64,000 nt of DNA from the human T2T-CHM13v2.0 reference genome, Homo sapiens, in assembly GCF_009914755.1 (NCBI RefSeq), contig NC_060948.1, one strand, 5' to 3'. Position 1 is the first letter of the stretch. Every line of letters begins with the position of its first letter. The translations under genes were made by a program, and so were the position numbers. The notes beneath the pieces were generated by a model. That model saw only the letters and a program-made list of their open reading frames with translations, did not search any database and was not told where the DNA came from. Shown here in pieces: positions 50,880 to 64,000 of the stretch.

Positions 50880-53800
50880 ATATGATGGAGCATCAGATTT
50901 TACCTAATACAGCAGAACTCCTAAAAAGTTACAGCCATATGCAGGACGGCAGTACTCAGCATGGTCTTATGCACAGGAACTAAAGGAAAAAGAGATCGAG
51001 TCACAAAAATTCAGGAAGAGGGGGTAAATGTGGATTGTATGGAATGAAAAATAAACATTCTCAAGGATGTGTGACTCTGTGTCTGTGTGTGTGTGTGTGT
51101 GTCTTTGAGTTTGTGTGTGTGTGTGTGTGTGTATGTTTATCCACTTTATTCGGGTGTCATAATGAATTGATCAATCCACGTGCTTTATTCTCTTAATGGA
51201 AATAACCAGTCTGCGTTGGAGCTGGGCCTCTAAAGTTGTAGAGTGAATGGGTGTGGGATGTGTTGGGATTCTTCCTACAGGACAGAGTGGGAGAGGTAAA
51301 AGCAAAAGACAGCTTAGTTGGAGGCTGACTTCGTCCTGTGGAAGCAGAGATAGTTCAAGGAAAGGGGTTACTGGGTTTCCAGGGCCCAGTTTGCTGGGAC
51401 CTCCAAAATCCTTCATTTTGGGTATCATCATACACAGTAGCTAAGCACAGGATGATGGAAATCTTAAAGTTCGCTTTCGTGTTGAATCCACATGTTCTTT
51501 TAAAGGTGAATGCATGATCCTTTTCTGGGACAATCAGCCTCTCAGGACTTCTGAAACATCAACGTGAGAAGAAATGGGCATGTAAGGTGTATGGAGGGAC
51601 TGTGGGAAAGGTGACAGAGGCATGTGGGAAGGCATTCAGGATACGCTTTTGGCATAGATGACTAAGGGAAAACAGAAACTTACAGAAGTGAGGGGAAAGG
51701 GGGTGGATTAGTGGAATATAAGATTGTTGGAGAATCCATCCATGGACTCTCTTGTCACTTGATGACCCAGGATATGGACACTCTTGTTGATGTTTACATC
51801 TTTAGTTGTTTTAAGCTTTTCTCCAAGATTCTGTGTTAGGTGAGGAGCCAATAACGTATGTAGCTAACAACAGTACGAGTGCATTTTGTGCTCTTGCAAA
51901 GTCTAGTGAGGCTCTATTCTCCCTCGTGATTGGCACTGCAGATTGTATCTGGAGCCCAGGGCCCCTAAATTTTCTGTGGCCTCTTCAGCATAGTTTGCCT
52001 AAGGTTTAGAACGTAAAGCGAATATAGTTGCGGAATATGTTTTGCAAGCCTCACACAGGAGGACAAAACATACAGCTTTCATTCGCGAGTGGGAGGCTGC
52101 TTCCCAGGAACACGTGTGTCTGCACAAGACAAGGGGTTGCCTCTGTCAAGGATGGGGCAGGAGGATTTCAGTGTCGGAGGCAGAACTTTCTTTCCTGTTC
52201 CCAGATGAAACAGTTCCAACACGAGCATCCATGTTGACCACACGCTACTAGAGTGCTAACATTGCTGTCCCGTATAGACTCTGGTCAGCACAGCTTCTGT
52301 GAGAAGAGCTATGTTGTTTCAGGGAAGAGGGTTTGACAGTCAAAGTTCCTGAATCTGTTGTGGTGCCTGCAATATGCATTCTACCCCTCCTGCTCGGTGT
52401 CAAAGCAGTTGAGCTTTGAAAATCTATCGCCCGGTTTTGTCCCTGCTCCTATGCAGAACTCTGAAGCTCTGGAGCGGGAGTCTTGTCCTCCTCTGACTAC
52501 CGTCCCCCTGACCCACAAACACAGGAGAAACAGGTGTTCTAAGCAAATTATTCTGAAAACAGTCGGAACCCTTTGGCCCCCTCAAGCTGCCCTGTATCCT
52601 ACTGTGTGCATGTCAAAGACACTGTGGTCCAGTACGGTATCCCTATAGCGGCAATGGGGCAACAGATTGGTGTGTGCACTCTGGGCAACTCAGATTAGGA
52701 AACGTCTGGGGACTTGCCTATAACGAGGTCGTCTTAAAACGTGTTGCCCCAAATTTAAGGCATAGGAAAATGTTGAGGAAAGGGTCTTGCAATGATTTTT
52801 CTAGGAGGTAAATAGATAAGAAAATGACCGTAAATAGATGCCAGGGCTAGTTTTGGAGCTAGCCTGTTTTAAAGTGGTGGTAGGGGAGGAGCTTTTTCCA
52901 AGGCAGGTAGCAAACCAGGAACTGTCTACGATGGATGGGCGTGCCACGGGTTGGTGGCTCAGCCATATTGCCACCCCACCGAGTGAATGCAGCAGACTGG
53001 GCTTCTTCCTTGAATCCTACGTGCAATTCAGTCTAGTGATTTCACATGAGATCCCTTCTTCTGGTATTATCACAGATCGTGCTGAATTATACAGGCTGTG
53101 TAATGCTTCTTCCACTGAATATCCGTGCACGTGGGCCACAGATGCTAAGGGCACTGACAAATTTGCACCGTGCCTCAGTAACTCGGAAGCACATCTGTGA
53201 TTTGTACCGACAGGGACTTGGTGTCTTTTCGTGTTTAAAGTAGCACGTGTGTGTTTGTGGTTGCGTATGTTTATTTCTCTGTGCGGGTTTGTATATTTTC
53301 TCTGACTCCACCTGTGTCTCCGTGGTTCCGATATTTTTCCACACTCCCTGCGACAATTTGCACATGCCTATCTCTACAACCATTGTAGACTTTGTATCTG
53401 TGTCTTTGAACATCTGTCACTCTCTCTCCCTTCCTTTTTTCTTTTCCTTCCTTTACACCCCTTTCATCCTTCCCTTGCTTCCCCACCACACTCTCTCCAT
53501 CTGTATCGTCTATCTTTCTATTCTCTATCTGGGTTTACTTTCTAATTCTGAATTCAAGGGCATTGAATTGAAAAGAAGCACTCTTCGTACTTTTATGTGT
53601 TTTAACTCATTTGGGGAATTTGGCGTGGTATTATTTACAGGGTTCTCTCTGCCCTTTCTCATTGTTCTCCCCAGCCGGGGCTGTTATTATGTGAAAGCTG
53701 GTTTCCTTCATCACATCGCGTAGGCTCTAATGATGTTTCGTTTATTTTGATTCTCCTCACACTACATAGTTTTAATTTACCTAATGTGACTGTTTTTTTG

Positions 53801-56800
53801 TTTGTTTTCCGAGAATGGGTCTTACTCTGTCTTCTAGGTTGGACAGCAGCCCCACGATCTCAGCCCACTGCAGCCCAGGCACCACACACCCATGTGATCC
53901 TGTCAACTCAGACTCTCACACACCTGGCAGTACAGGTGCATGCCACCCCTCCAAGCTATGTATTAATTAACTAAATACTTACTTTTTGAATGTGGGTCCA
54001 TGTTGCCCCAGGCTCATCTGGAACTCCTGAGTGCAGGCAATCCTCCCACCTCAGCTTATCAAAGTGCTGGGATGACAGGTGTGACCCATGGCCCTGCCAT
54101 GGCTTTGTGTTTTTTGCTTTTTTCTTCCTCCTCCTCACGTCTTGTTTTGAAACATGCACTGAAGGTTTCAATTCATGGACTATAGTCTCTGTGCCTGGAA
54201 TTTCTATCTTTCAACTCATCATCAGCATTCATTGGGATTTTCATATATATATACACCTATATAAGAATACCTATGTACACACATATATACGTATATACAT
54301 GTATATACGTATATATGCACATTTATATACGTATATACATGTATATACGTATATATATACATGTACACATATGTATTTATTTCTCAAGTTACGAAACGGC
54401 TTGCATTCTTTCCTGTGTCATGAAAAAGACTTTGCTAGAAAAGAAAAGCACTGCTTTATAATAAAATATTTTATTTGCATTTATTTTGTTAAGGCATTTT
54501 AAAAATTGTATGTTTGTTTAAAAAATGTCATATGAAATGATACATATTTACAACTTAAGGCGTGATGTTCAACAGGTCATATACATTATGCATTGGATAC
54601 ATCCAGCCAATCAACATATGTGTGACCTCACATAGTTGTCATTTTTGTTGTGAAAAAACTTGACCTGCACTGTATTCGAATATTTTTAGAGAAAGAATAT
54701 GTTACCACTAGTTATAGTGAGCATGCTGAAGAAAATATTTTTAACCTATTCCTCCTTTATAACTAGAAGTATGAGTTCTTCATCCAGCATCTCGTCAGTG
54801 CACCCTCTTCACCGCAGTCATTGGAGTCACTACTTCTGTGAAGTCCGCTTTTTTGATTTCATATAAGAATGAGATCATGTGCTATTTTCCTTTCTGATAC
54901 CTGGCTTATGTCACTTAACAGAATGGCATGCACACATTCAGCAGATTCCCACACATTCTCACAACTGGCAGGATTTCCTGATTTCTTATTGCAGCGCATA
55001 TTTCCGTTGCGCATATGCGTTTTTGCCCCATTTTTTAATCCACTTATCAATGGAGGGACACTCAGGTTGCTTCCGCATTTTGGCTACAGCAAAAATGTAA
55101 TGAGTGCAGCAATAATTGCATGGGTGCGCGCACCGCTTCAACATACTGATCTGTGTACTGGCGGGCGTGCCCGGGTATTCTGATTTGCTGGATCATATAG
55201 TGGGTGGTTCTACTTGTAGATTTCTGAAGGCTGTTTATACTTAAATAAGAGCCATAAAGCTTCTTTAATGCCAGCACTAATTTACATTCTCCCCAAAAGT
55301 GAGCAGGGAATTCGTTTTCTCTGCCTCCTCACCAGAGATTAGGGTTTTCTTTTCTTTCTTTTTTTTTTTTTGTTTGTTTGTCTTTCGGATAATATGCATT
55401 CTGACTGAAGTGAGAAGAAATCTCATTGTGTTTTTGATTTGCATTTTCGTGATGGATTGGGGATAATGAGGAATTTTTAGTGTGTCTTCTGGGCAACTGT
55501 ATGTCTCAGTTTCACAAATGAGTCTTCGCAGCCTTCGCCCATTTGTTTTCATGCTATTGAGTTGTTGGGAGTTCCTTATGTACTGTGACTATTCCCCCAT
55601 GAACAGATGTATGGTGATCCAATCATTGCTCCCATCCTGTAGGATGCCCCTTCTGTATGTTGAGTTTTCTATGGTGTGGTGAAGCACTTTAGTTTGATAT
55701 GATTCCATTCTCTATTTTTGATGGTGTTTACTGTGTTCTTGCAGTCACTTTGAGACCATCATTGCACACACGGACGCCATGGAGCTGCTTCCTTGTGATC
55801 TCTTCTGCTATTTTTGTCGTTTCACATCTGACACTGGAGTTTGGTGATAAATAATCCACTTGTAAAATCCTTTGTGTGGCTATTCAGATTTCCCCAACCT
55901 AGTTTATAGAAGATACTTGATTTTGCATTGGGCGTTCTTGCTTCTTTGGGAAAAGGCTGTGAGCTGCAAATGCAGTGACTTAGTTCTGGGCTCCTGTTGT
56001 TTTTCCTAAGCTCTAGTCTCTGCTTTTCTGCCAGCGCTATTGTATTTTGGTACAAAAAGTTTTGTAGTAGTATATCATGAAGTTAGGTAGTGGGGTGGCT
56101 CCAGCTTTGTGCTTTTTACTGGATTGCTCTGGGTTTTCAGGATCTTCTGCCATTTCATAGCAAATTTGGGATTCCCAGATTGTTTTCTAAGAAGAATGTG
56201 TCATTGATATTTTTACAGGGGTTGTATAGAATCTGAGGATGACTCAGGTAGTAGTGATGTCAATGCCGTTTAGACAATGTGCGTGTTTGTGTGCACATGC
56301 TCAGGGCCAAGAGACACTGGGTGTCCTCACCAATACTGAGGTGGGCCTTAATATCCAGCCAGATTGCCTTCTGGAAACACACGGAATGTCCTGTTCTGTT
56401 TTGCCATCTCTTCACATTTCCTCCCCTGTGAGCCCTGTGTGGTCCTCCAGATTCCCTGTGCGGTGGCCTGCCTTTTTTGGGGTGGGGAGTTGCTGGGTGA
56501 ATGAGGATGGCGGAGGGAACCAAGCATGTCAGTGGAGCGTGGTGTCATCCAAACGGTACTTAGCAGGCCTGGGAGAGTCATTCTGGGAGGACGCAGACCT
56601 AGAGAGGCCTCAGGTGGGCATCTGTGTGGAGGGTGAGAGATCCCTGGTTGAGCCCAAACTGAACCCCAGGTAGAAGCAAGCCTCAGGACAGGGAAGTAGC
56701 TAGCAAGGGATGATGAGGCAGCTATCTCTTGACCCTGGCTTCCCACCCATTGACCTTAGCTACTTATGCCTATTAAGCAGATTACGGTTCCCCCATCGTG

Positions 56801-56958
56801 AAATGTGGGTACCACAGTTCCCTGATGGGCATTTCTCCACCAGCCCATGATGGCCTGAGTTTCCTTACTGCAGTCTCCTCCCTGAGCCTTGGCTTCTCTA
56901 TGTGTGTCCTAACTCCAGGACCCACAGGCCTGTCAACCCCCAGCCCTGGGCTGCTTCC

Positions 56959-57733
56959 CTGGCCTCTTCTCTGTTCCCTCTCTGAGGGCCTAACTCCCTT
57001 GGGTAGTGCTGCAGAATATAGAGCCACAGGCCCTGGCTGATGATCTGGTGGACTGGGCAAATTGGTCGTGACAGGTCAGGTTCTGGTTCAAAGCCAATTC
57101 CTCCGATGCCAAGGAATGTCGAAGAAGGTCCTTTGCCATGATGTCCCATAGCTGTCCCACCTCAGCAATCGTGCCGTAACCTGGGCCCTCACAGTCAGAC
57201 AACCAGCTGAAGAAGCTCAGGCAGTGACCTGCGGGAAACTCGGGCTTTCACCTGCATGACCCTAGAACCACTGGACTGCAGTGGAGCCAGTCGCCCTGTA
57301 TCCTGGAGGGAGACGAGTCAGGAAGGCGCACGCCAGGCCCAGCTCCCGAGGTACTACCCCCTCTACTCCTCAGGGAGGATGCCAACGCAATACTCCTTAG
57401 TCATCACTTTGTTTCCGAAGTAAATGTTGTGATGAAAGGCAAACTTCTTCCTACCCCTTGTATTCAGGGTGGCCGAGTTCCTCCACCTGCCTGTCCAAGA
57501 AGGAGAAACAGGGCTGTGAAGGGGCAATTTCATCTAGGTGGGCTGAGGTGGCACTCTAGCCGGGGTGAAGCATGCGTTTCCCCTTCCCAGCTTTCCCGCT
57601 GAGACACACCTGAGCCCCAGAAGGACCTCAACCTGACCAGGACCTTAGCACCCTCCCCCAGACCCAGGCTTTCCATCCTGACCTGCAAATCCAACATGCA
57701 GCTTTGAAGGACTTTCTCATGGTTTCTGAGCTC
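56959..57733 (-). pseudogene. Second TSPY-like relic, unit 3
   Basis: Copy at offset 40563 (ORF 56898..57149). Confidence 0.83.
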
Positions 57734-60700
57734 CTTGCTCTCACCAGAAAGAATCAGAACTTTTAAAGTGTTCTTTATGCCAACTTAAATTTTTCATTTT
57801 TACTACCTCATGTTTTGGATGAGGCATGTATTTTTAAATTTATTTTCACCCTTATTGTACCTCTATGATAAACTGCTTGCTTACATTCATACCGTAATTA
57901 TCTCTCAGGTTACTTGTCTGTTCCTAAAGATTCACTGAAACGAAGAATTCTATATATGCTTGTATCTTTCAGCAACCGTATGTCAGATAGCACTGCACAT
58001 TACTGCAGACATCGCATATACAGGTCCAAAGGTAGAGGAAGAAGAAGAAAGCAAGCGTTAAACTCTATTCATTCCTAAAAGCATATCAGAAACTCACAAA
58101 TAACAGTGAAATCAAAGAATGATCACAGCCAATTCCATTACATACCTAGACTGAAATACGAAACTTCAAAGAAAAGAAACATTAGAACTTTGGGTTTGTA
58201 AAAATTTTCCTATATAGATAAAATTATTGGTAACTGTGTCTCACTAGAAAACGTAAACAAAAATCCATGTTTTTCATATTTGTAAATATACATAGTTTTA
58301 TTTCCATCAGTTATGACATGCAAGCAAGTAATAAAGTGAAAGTACAATCAAATGATATATGGAACTTCCTCAGTCTTAAAATATTCCATGGAGACTATCA
58401 ATTTTATGAAAACTATAAAGAATGCTTCATGAAACTACATTGTACAGTGCCATTTACTATTTTACTGACATTTTAAATAATCAACAATTAAAGGGAATAC
58501 GTCAACATTATTTAATACCAATAACGTTATTTTTCTTGAGTAATCCTGTTGAAATTAAGGATTTTAAATAAAACATTAAAAACAAATTATATTGACTGAT
58601 TTCAGCTTTGGATGAAATCATACTTGTGTATTTGTAGTAATGCGAAGCATAACTTTCTCCTCACAATTAATCTTTTATAACATCGGTGTTATAGTTTTCT
58701 CTGACACCAACATTGTGATATCGCACAGGTTTACTGCATGCATGCATTACATGCCTCCAGAGAGTAGGCTTCAAATATATGGAAAAATTATATTTATGAA
58801 AAAATTCTAGGAAAGGGAATGGTGAAATGGAAGAGAATTTCTCACTTGCTAACTGTTGGACATGGATTTGTATATATTTGGATATAGACACATACTGGCA
58901 CACTGTGAGTTTGCCCATGTATATATACACTTATATGAGAAACCCATAATATATGGGTTGTGTAATCTTTTAATTAATCCATAATTGTATGTGTGTGAAA
59001 TTAGATAAGCGGTTACCTTTTCTTTACTCAATTTGATGGAAAGCCAAAAAACTCTGTCCACCTTCATTTCAATTAATCCAATACTGTTAACTGCTGGTAG
59101 CTTCATTCTCCTTGTTCTCTTACGGCAACCGGAAAGTTAATTCTCGCTCTAATTTGGCTTTCAAGGTGCGATCAACAAGAGTGTCACCTTGCTGTGGATT
59201 GTGACCTCTGACTCCACCTCTGTCTTCCTTTTGCAGTCCTACCTTTGCATAGGTAACAAACTTTGTACATGGTTAAAAGGATAAAAGTTCAGTGAAATGT
59301 CAAGCCATGCTGTGAAATGTTCCATAGTTTCTATATCTCTAATTGTCCTTTGATGTTATAGAGGCAAGAAAAATAATTCAATGTTTTTCTTAGTATCTAG
59401 TCCAATGCACTCTTTCTTCATAATACTGCAAACAAGGCACTGACATGGAAACGTGGCTGGACGTCTCAAAATCTCTTCTCATTAATTACCATTATGTTAA
59501 TCACTGTTGCCCACAACTGGAATTGGACTTTGAAATCCCCTGGTGGAAATTGCTATAATGGCTCAAACTACTGGAAAGACTATCTTTTTTTTACCTGAAA
59601 ATATCTGATGAGCATAGACGTATGCTATATACAGGAACATATTGTACATTAACAACATACCATCACTGCCACTCAATAATAGGTATCCCAAACCTTTGAG
59701 CCAAACTGAGCTCGGGTGCTCCCACAAACCAAGCTTTTCCCTCCACAGATTTCTTATGTCAAAAAGCCACAACTCCAGGCCAGGCTTCGTGGCTCTTGTT
59801 GTAATTTCTACATTTTGGGAGGCCGAGGTTGGTGGGTCACTTGAGGTCAGGAGTTGGAGACCAGCATGGGCAACATGGCAAAAAGCTGTCTCTACCAAAA
59901 ATACAAAAATTAGCCAGACCTAGTGGCACTTTCCTGTGGTCCCAGCTACTTGGGAGGCTGAGGCAGGAGAACCACCTGAACATGGGTGGCAGAGATTGTA
60001 TAGTAAGCCAAGATCAGACTACTGCACTCCAGCCTGGATGACACAGCGAGACCATGACTGAAAAAAGAAAAAAAAAAAATAAAGGCAACTCCACTCGTCC
60101 ACTGGCTTAGGTAAAAAGTACTGGAGTTGGCTGGGCTCGGTGGCTCACACCTGTATTCCCAGCACTTTGGATTTTGGGAAGCTGAGTCGGGCGGGTCACC
60201 TGAGATCTGTAGTAGGAGAGCAGCCTGGCCAACATGGTGAAGCCTGGCTTCTACTAAAAATACAAAACATTAGCTGAGCGTGGTGATGCATGCTTGTAAT
60301 CCCAGCTACTGCAGAGGCTGAACCTGGGAGGCGGAGGATGTGTTGAGCTGAGATCCTGCCACTGCGCTCCAGCCTGGTCTACAGAGCGAGAGTACCCTGT
60401 GAGAAACAAAGGTGAAGAGAACAAGAAAAAAAAAATGAGAAAAATAAGACCCACTGCAAAAGGTTGCCACAGAAAAGATTAAACATTTCAGCAACTTCTA
60501 TCTTCTGTCATGGAAGCCAAGGTTATTTGGACCAAACCTCCTGTCTTAGTTCATTTTCACGCTGCTGAAGAAGACATACCTGAAACTGGGAATAAAAGGA
60601 GGTTTAATTGGACTGACAGTTCCACATGGCTGTGGAGGCCTCAGAATCATGGTATACGAATAAAGGCACTTCTTACATGGCAATGCCAAGAGAGAATGAG

Positions 60701-63700
60701 GAAGAACCTGAGGCAGAAACCCCTGAAAAACCCATCAGATCCCGTGAGACTTCTTCACTGTCACAAGAATAGCATGAGAAAGACCGACCCCCATGATTCA
60801 ATTACCTCCCCCTGGGTCCCACCCGCAACACGAGGGAATTCTGGGAGATACAATTGAAGCTGAGATTTGAATGGAGACACACCAAACCATGTCACTTCCC
60901 AAACAATTAAAAATTCCCAATAGAAGAAGCATTAATTATATCAAAAAGTGGTGGACCAAGAAGGAACTATTAGCCTCATATCTCAAGAAAGACTCCAGTC
61001 AAGGCCTAGGGACTACTCATGAAAAGAGTTTAATAGCCGACTCTCTCCCAGTGGATCTGGATTCCACCGGACTGTATCTTCACAGTAAGGGTGAAACAGA
61101 AGCAAACCCATTCCTATTTCCAAGCTCAAGGAACTTTGGTCAAAGTTCTCTTGGAGCTGAGCAGAACAAGGAGGCAAACAGAAAAGATTTGTGTCCCTGA
61201 GAAGTCATGGCCACAGGCTGGCTATCACACAGATTGTCAAGCCAGTTCCATATTGCATGGGTATTACAGAAAACCTCAAAACATAAATTTGTGTGTGGGT
61301 TGTCCCAGAGTAGCAGGATCTGGCAGAAGGAAATTTCCTTCTAACCCTCAAAGAATCCACATAAATCTTGTTACATTTGGGATTTTACGATTTGCTTCAG
61401 GAATGAGAATGGCCTTAATTTTCATATCTTTTTCTACACTCAGTTTATGGCTTGTTGGCGTCAAAGTTCTGCTTGCTTCACACAATGAGTTTAGGATTTT
61501 CCCTTTTTTATTCTATAGAATTCTTCATATATATTGAAATGCTCTGCCTGGGGAAAAAAATCTGAGCCTAGCGTTTTATCTCTAGGAAGAATCCTTTATT
61601 TCCTTGAACATTTATGAGACTATACAGATTATATATGTCTTCTTGTATCAATTTTACTAAGCTATATACATAGCTTATGTTTATATATTATATATATAAA
61701 TGTAAGATACAAATATAAAAATTATGTATAAATATGAAAATATATATAGAAAGCGATATATATGTCTATATATATAGACAGATTATAAATATCTGTCTAT
61801 TTGATCTAAGTTTTCAAATTTGTAGGTTAAGGTGTTAACGATATTTCCTTATTAGCTTCTTAATCTATGCTGTATCTATGGTTGTGTACCTTTTAAATTC
61901 TTAGTTTTATCTATGTTTTCTCCCTTTTTTTCTAAACTTGACTGACGGTTGCATCATTTATTATATTTCTCCAACAAGCAAAGGTTAGCTTTGTATGTTT
62001 TACTAATTTTGTCTACATCATTATTCCCACACTTTAGTTTTTCAGAATTGATTCTGTTGTTTCTTTTCTAATTCTTTATTGAAATATCTAGTACATTAAT
62101 TTTCAAGTTATTAGAGAAATATTTGTCTGTAAACTCCTATTGTAATATCACTTTTCTTGCTACTCACAGATTTAATCTTTAATATTGGCGGTATCATTGA
62201 GTTCTAAGTACATTTCAATTCCTAGTATGATAATCTATGAATTGCTGAGAAATAGTGTTTACAATTTTGTTGTTCTATTTCCACTTAAGTTTATTTTTAC
62301 TTCTGCTAACTCAATTGAAAATTCTTTACTAATTTTTAAAATCCTTGAACCCAAGAGATGGAGGTTGCAGTGAGCTGAGATCAGGCCACTGCATTCCAGA
62401 CTGAGTGACAGAGTGGAACGAGATTTCAAAACAAAACAAAACAAAACAAAACAAAACAGTCACTGGAAAGATAATAAAATACATAAATGTGGGATGTAAT
62501 ATGTAATCGTGATAAAATAAACTGGATTTTTTGTATAAGTTATACATATAAATGTAATGCCAAGACACTGATAAGACAACTCATGGTCTTATCTCAATAC
62601 TTAGTGTCTTCATGTAACATATGTCCTTTAGGATAGTTATAGTCCGTTTTCTTTCCAGGAGAGACAGATGAGAATGCAGAAATGTTAAAGTGCAAGGGAC
62701 GGAAGCTTCCAGCTGTGCCCACCTGTAACCTGACGTAGACAGTTCCACCGTTTGCTTCATTAATCATGCCAAAGGCTCTAATGCAAATGTGGTACAGAGT
62801 CACATGTTTTTGTATCTACATGATAGAAACTATAACTTCATCCCTATATAGAAGGGTATATAGCATATGCCTCAGTGATAAATATAAGTGAATCATTGAT
62901 CAGTAGGAAACCATTTTAAAAGTCTTTCATAACAGAACAAAATCCCTGAAAACATTTTCTTCTCAATCTCTGAGTTTTCTTACACGGCTTATGAATCTCT
63001 AGCCATACTAAAGAGATAGTATGCTGCTCTTCCCACAAATTATTCATTGTATATAATTCCTGTAATCTAATAACAGTACCTTTACACCTCAGGGTTTAAA
63101 ATGACTCCAACCTTTTTCTGTTTCTCCAATTAAAATAACTTTTTTAAGGTTTAATCTTCAGTAATTTTTTGTAGTAATATTTTTGAAGGTATTTGACCAG
63201 GATGATTTGCTTATATACCTACCTGACGTCTCCCTTTCTTCTGAATACATATTTTATTACCCACCTATTAGATCTAAGTTTAAGAAGTTGGAATAGGGAT
63301 TTAAATCTAAATTCTACATTTGAATTTACAGGAGTCAGCGAGTCCGGGAAGTGCCTTTATGCACAGACCAATATCTGGCAATGGCACTAGGAGACAAATA
63401 AGCTTTACCAGTCTCAAAGCCCTGGCTACTACAGTGAATCCACCCTTCTCCTGGATCTTATCTACTTCAGCAAAAGAAGGCCACCCACTAAACCAGGCCC
63501 TTGTACTTTGGGTGGAAACTCCTAAGTCCTCTAGTCTCCTCAAACAGACAGCCAGGCTGCCAATTTCCACAATAATAATTTCTATAGCACTGAGTCTTTG
63601 GTAGCCTTGTAACTATAGCTACTGATGCTACAGTCTGGTCCCTGTATGATAAAACACCAGAGCAACAGAAACAAAAATATTGACTGAAGCCTTCTAAAAT

Positions 63701-64000
63701 CTCTCTAAATATACCTTCAATAAATATCGTTTTTTTTTACAGAACGACTGCTTTCAGCTTCCTGAACGAACGCTTGGCCTTCGCTAGTTGTCACTGTTGA
63801 AATTGATTCAAAAGTGTACATTTAACATGAAAGTCAACACAGAATTTCATGTGTCAGCAACTAAAATTTTCAAAATGTTGCAAAATACAAATGTGAAACT
63901 GTATTTGTGAAATTTACCATTCATTGAAATTATATTTTCATACCTACCCAGGCACAGAATTTTTTATAACTGTCTGCATGTTCTCCTCATGTGGGGGAAA

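Larger units (their letters stand above)
1..64000. repeat. TSPY/DYZ5 tandem array, ~20.3-kb unit, ~3.15 copies
   Basis: The sequence tgtcacttcccaaacaatt recurs at 1, 20312, 40608 and 60890. The ORF track repeats with the same offsets (202, 20513, 40809, 61091). The unit size and TSPY content match the known human Yp array. Confidence 0.98.

Noticed and set aside
1-64000. Prokaryotic-type systems (CRISPR arrays, operons, defence islands)
   Set aside because: The DNA is primate genomic sequence with Alus, L1 and spliced genes. There is no repeat-spacer structure.

Overview
This is eukaryotic DNA: about 3.15 tandem copies of a ~20.3-kb unit (starts at 1, 20312, 40608, 60890; periods 20311, 20296, 20282 bp). 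I recognise it as the human Y-chromosome TSPY (DYZ5) ampliconic array. Each full unit carries one intact 6-exon TSPY gene on the + strand, and the three copies encode three different proteins. Reading the minus strand exon by exon shows two more TSPY-derived modules per unit. One is a head-to-head, degenerate 5-exon paralog, probably the FAM197Y/CYorf16 transcription unit. The other is a 5'-truncated relic of exons 2-5. TSPY intron 1 has minor-spliceosome (U12) signatures, and the inverted paralog keeps the AT-type version of the same donor. Other content is a CpG island, Alu, L1, L2 and THE1/MST LTR fragments, and microsatellites. Differences between copies are clustered, as expected from gene conversion. 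The locus itself is well known; I cannot confirm that any finding below is unpublished. Most ORFs in the supplied track are not genes.
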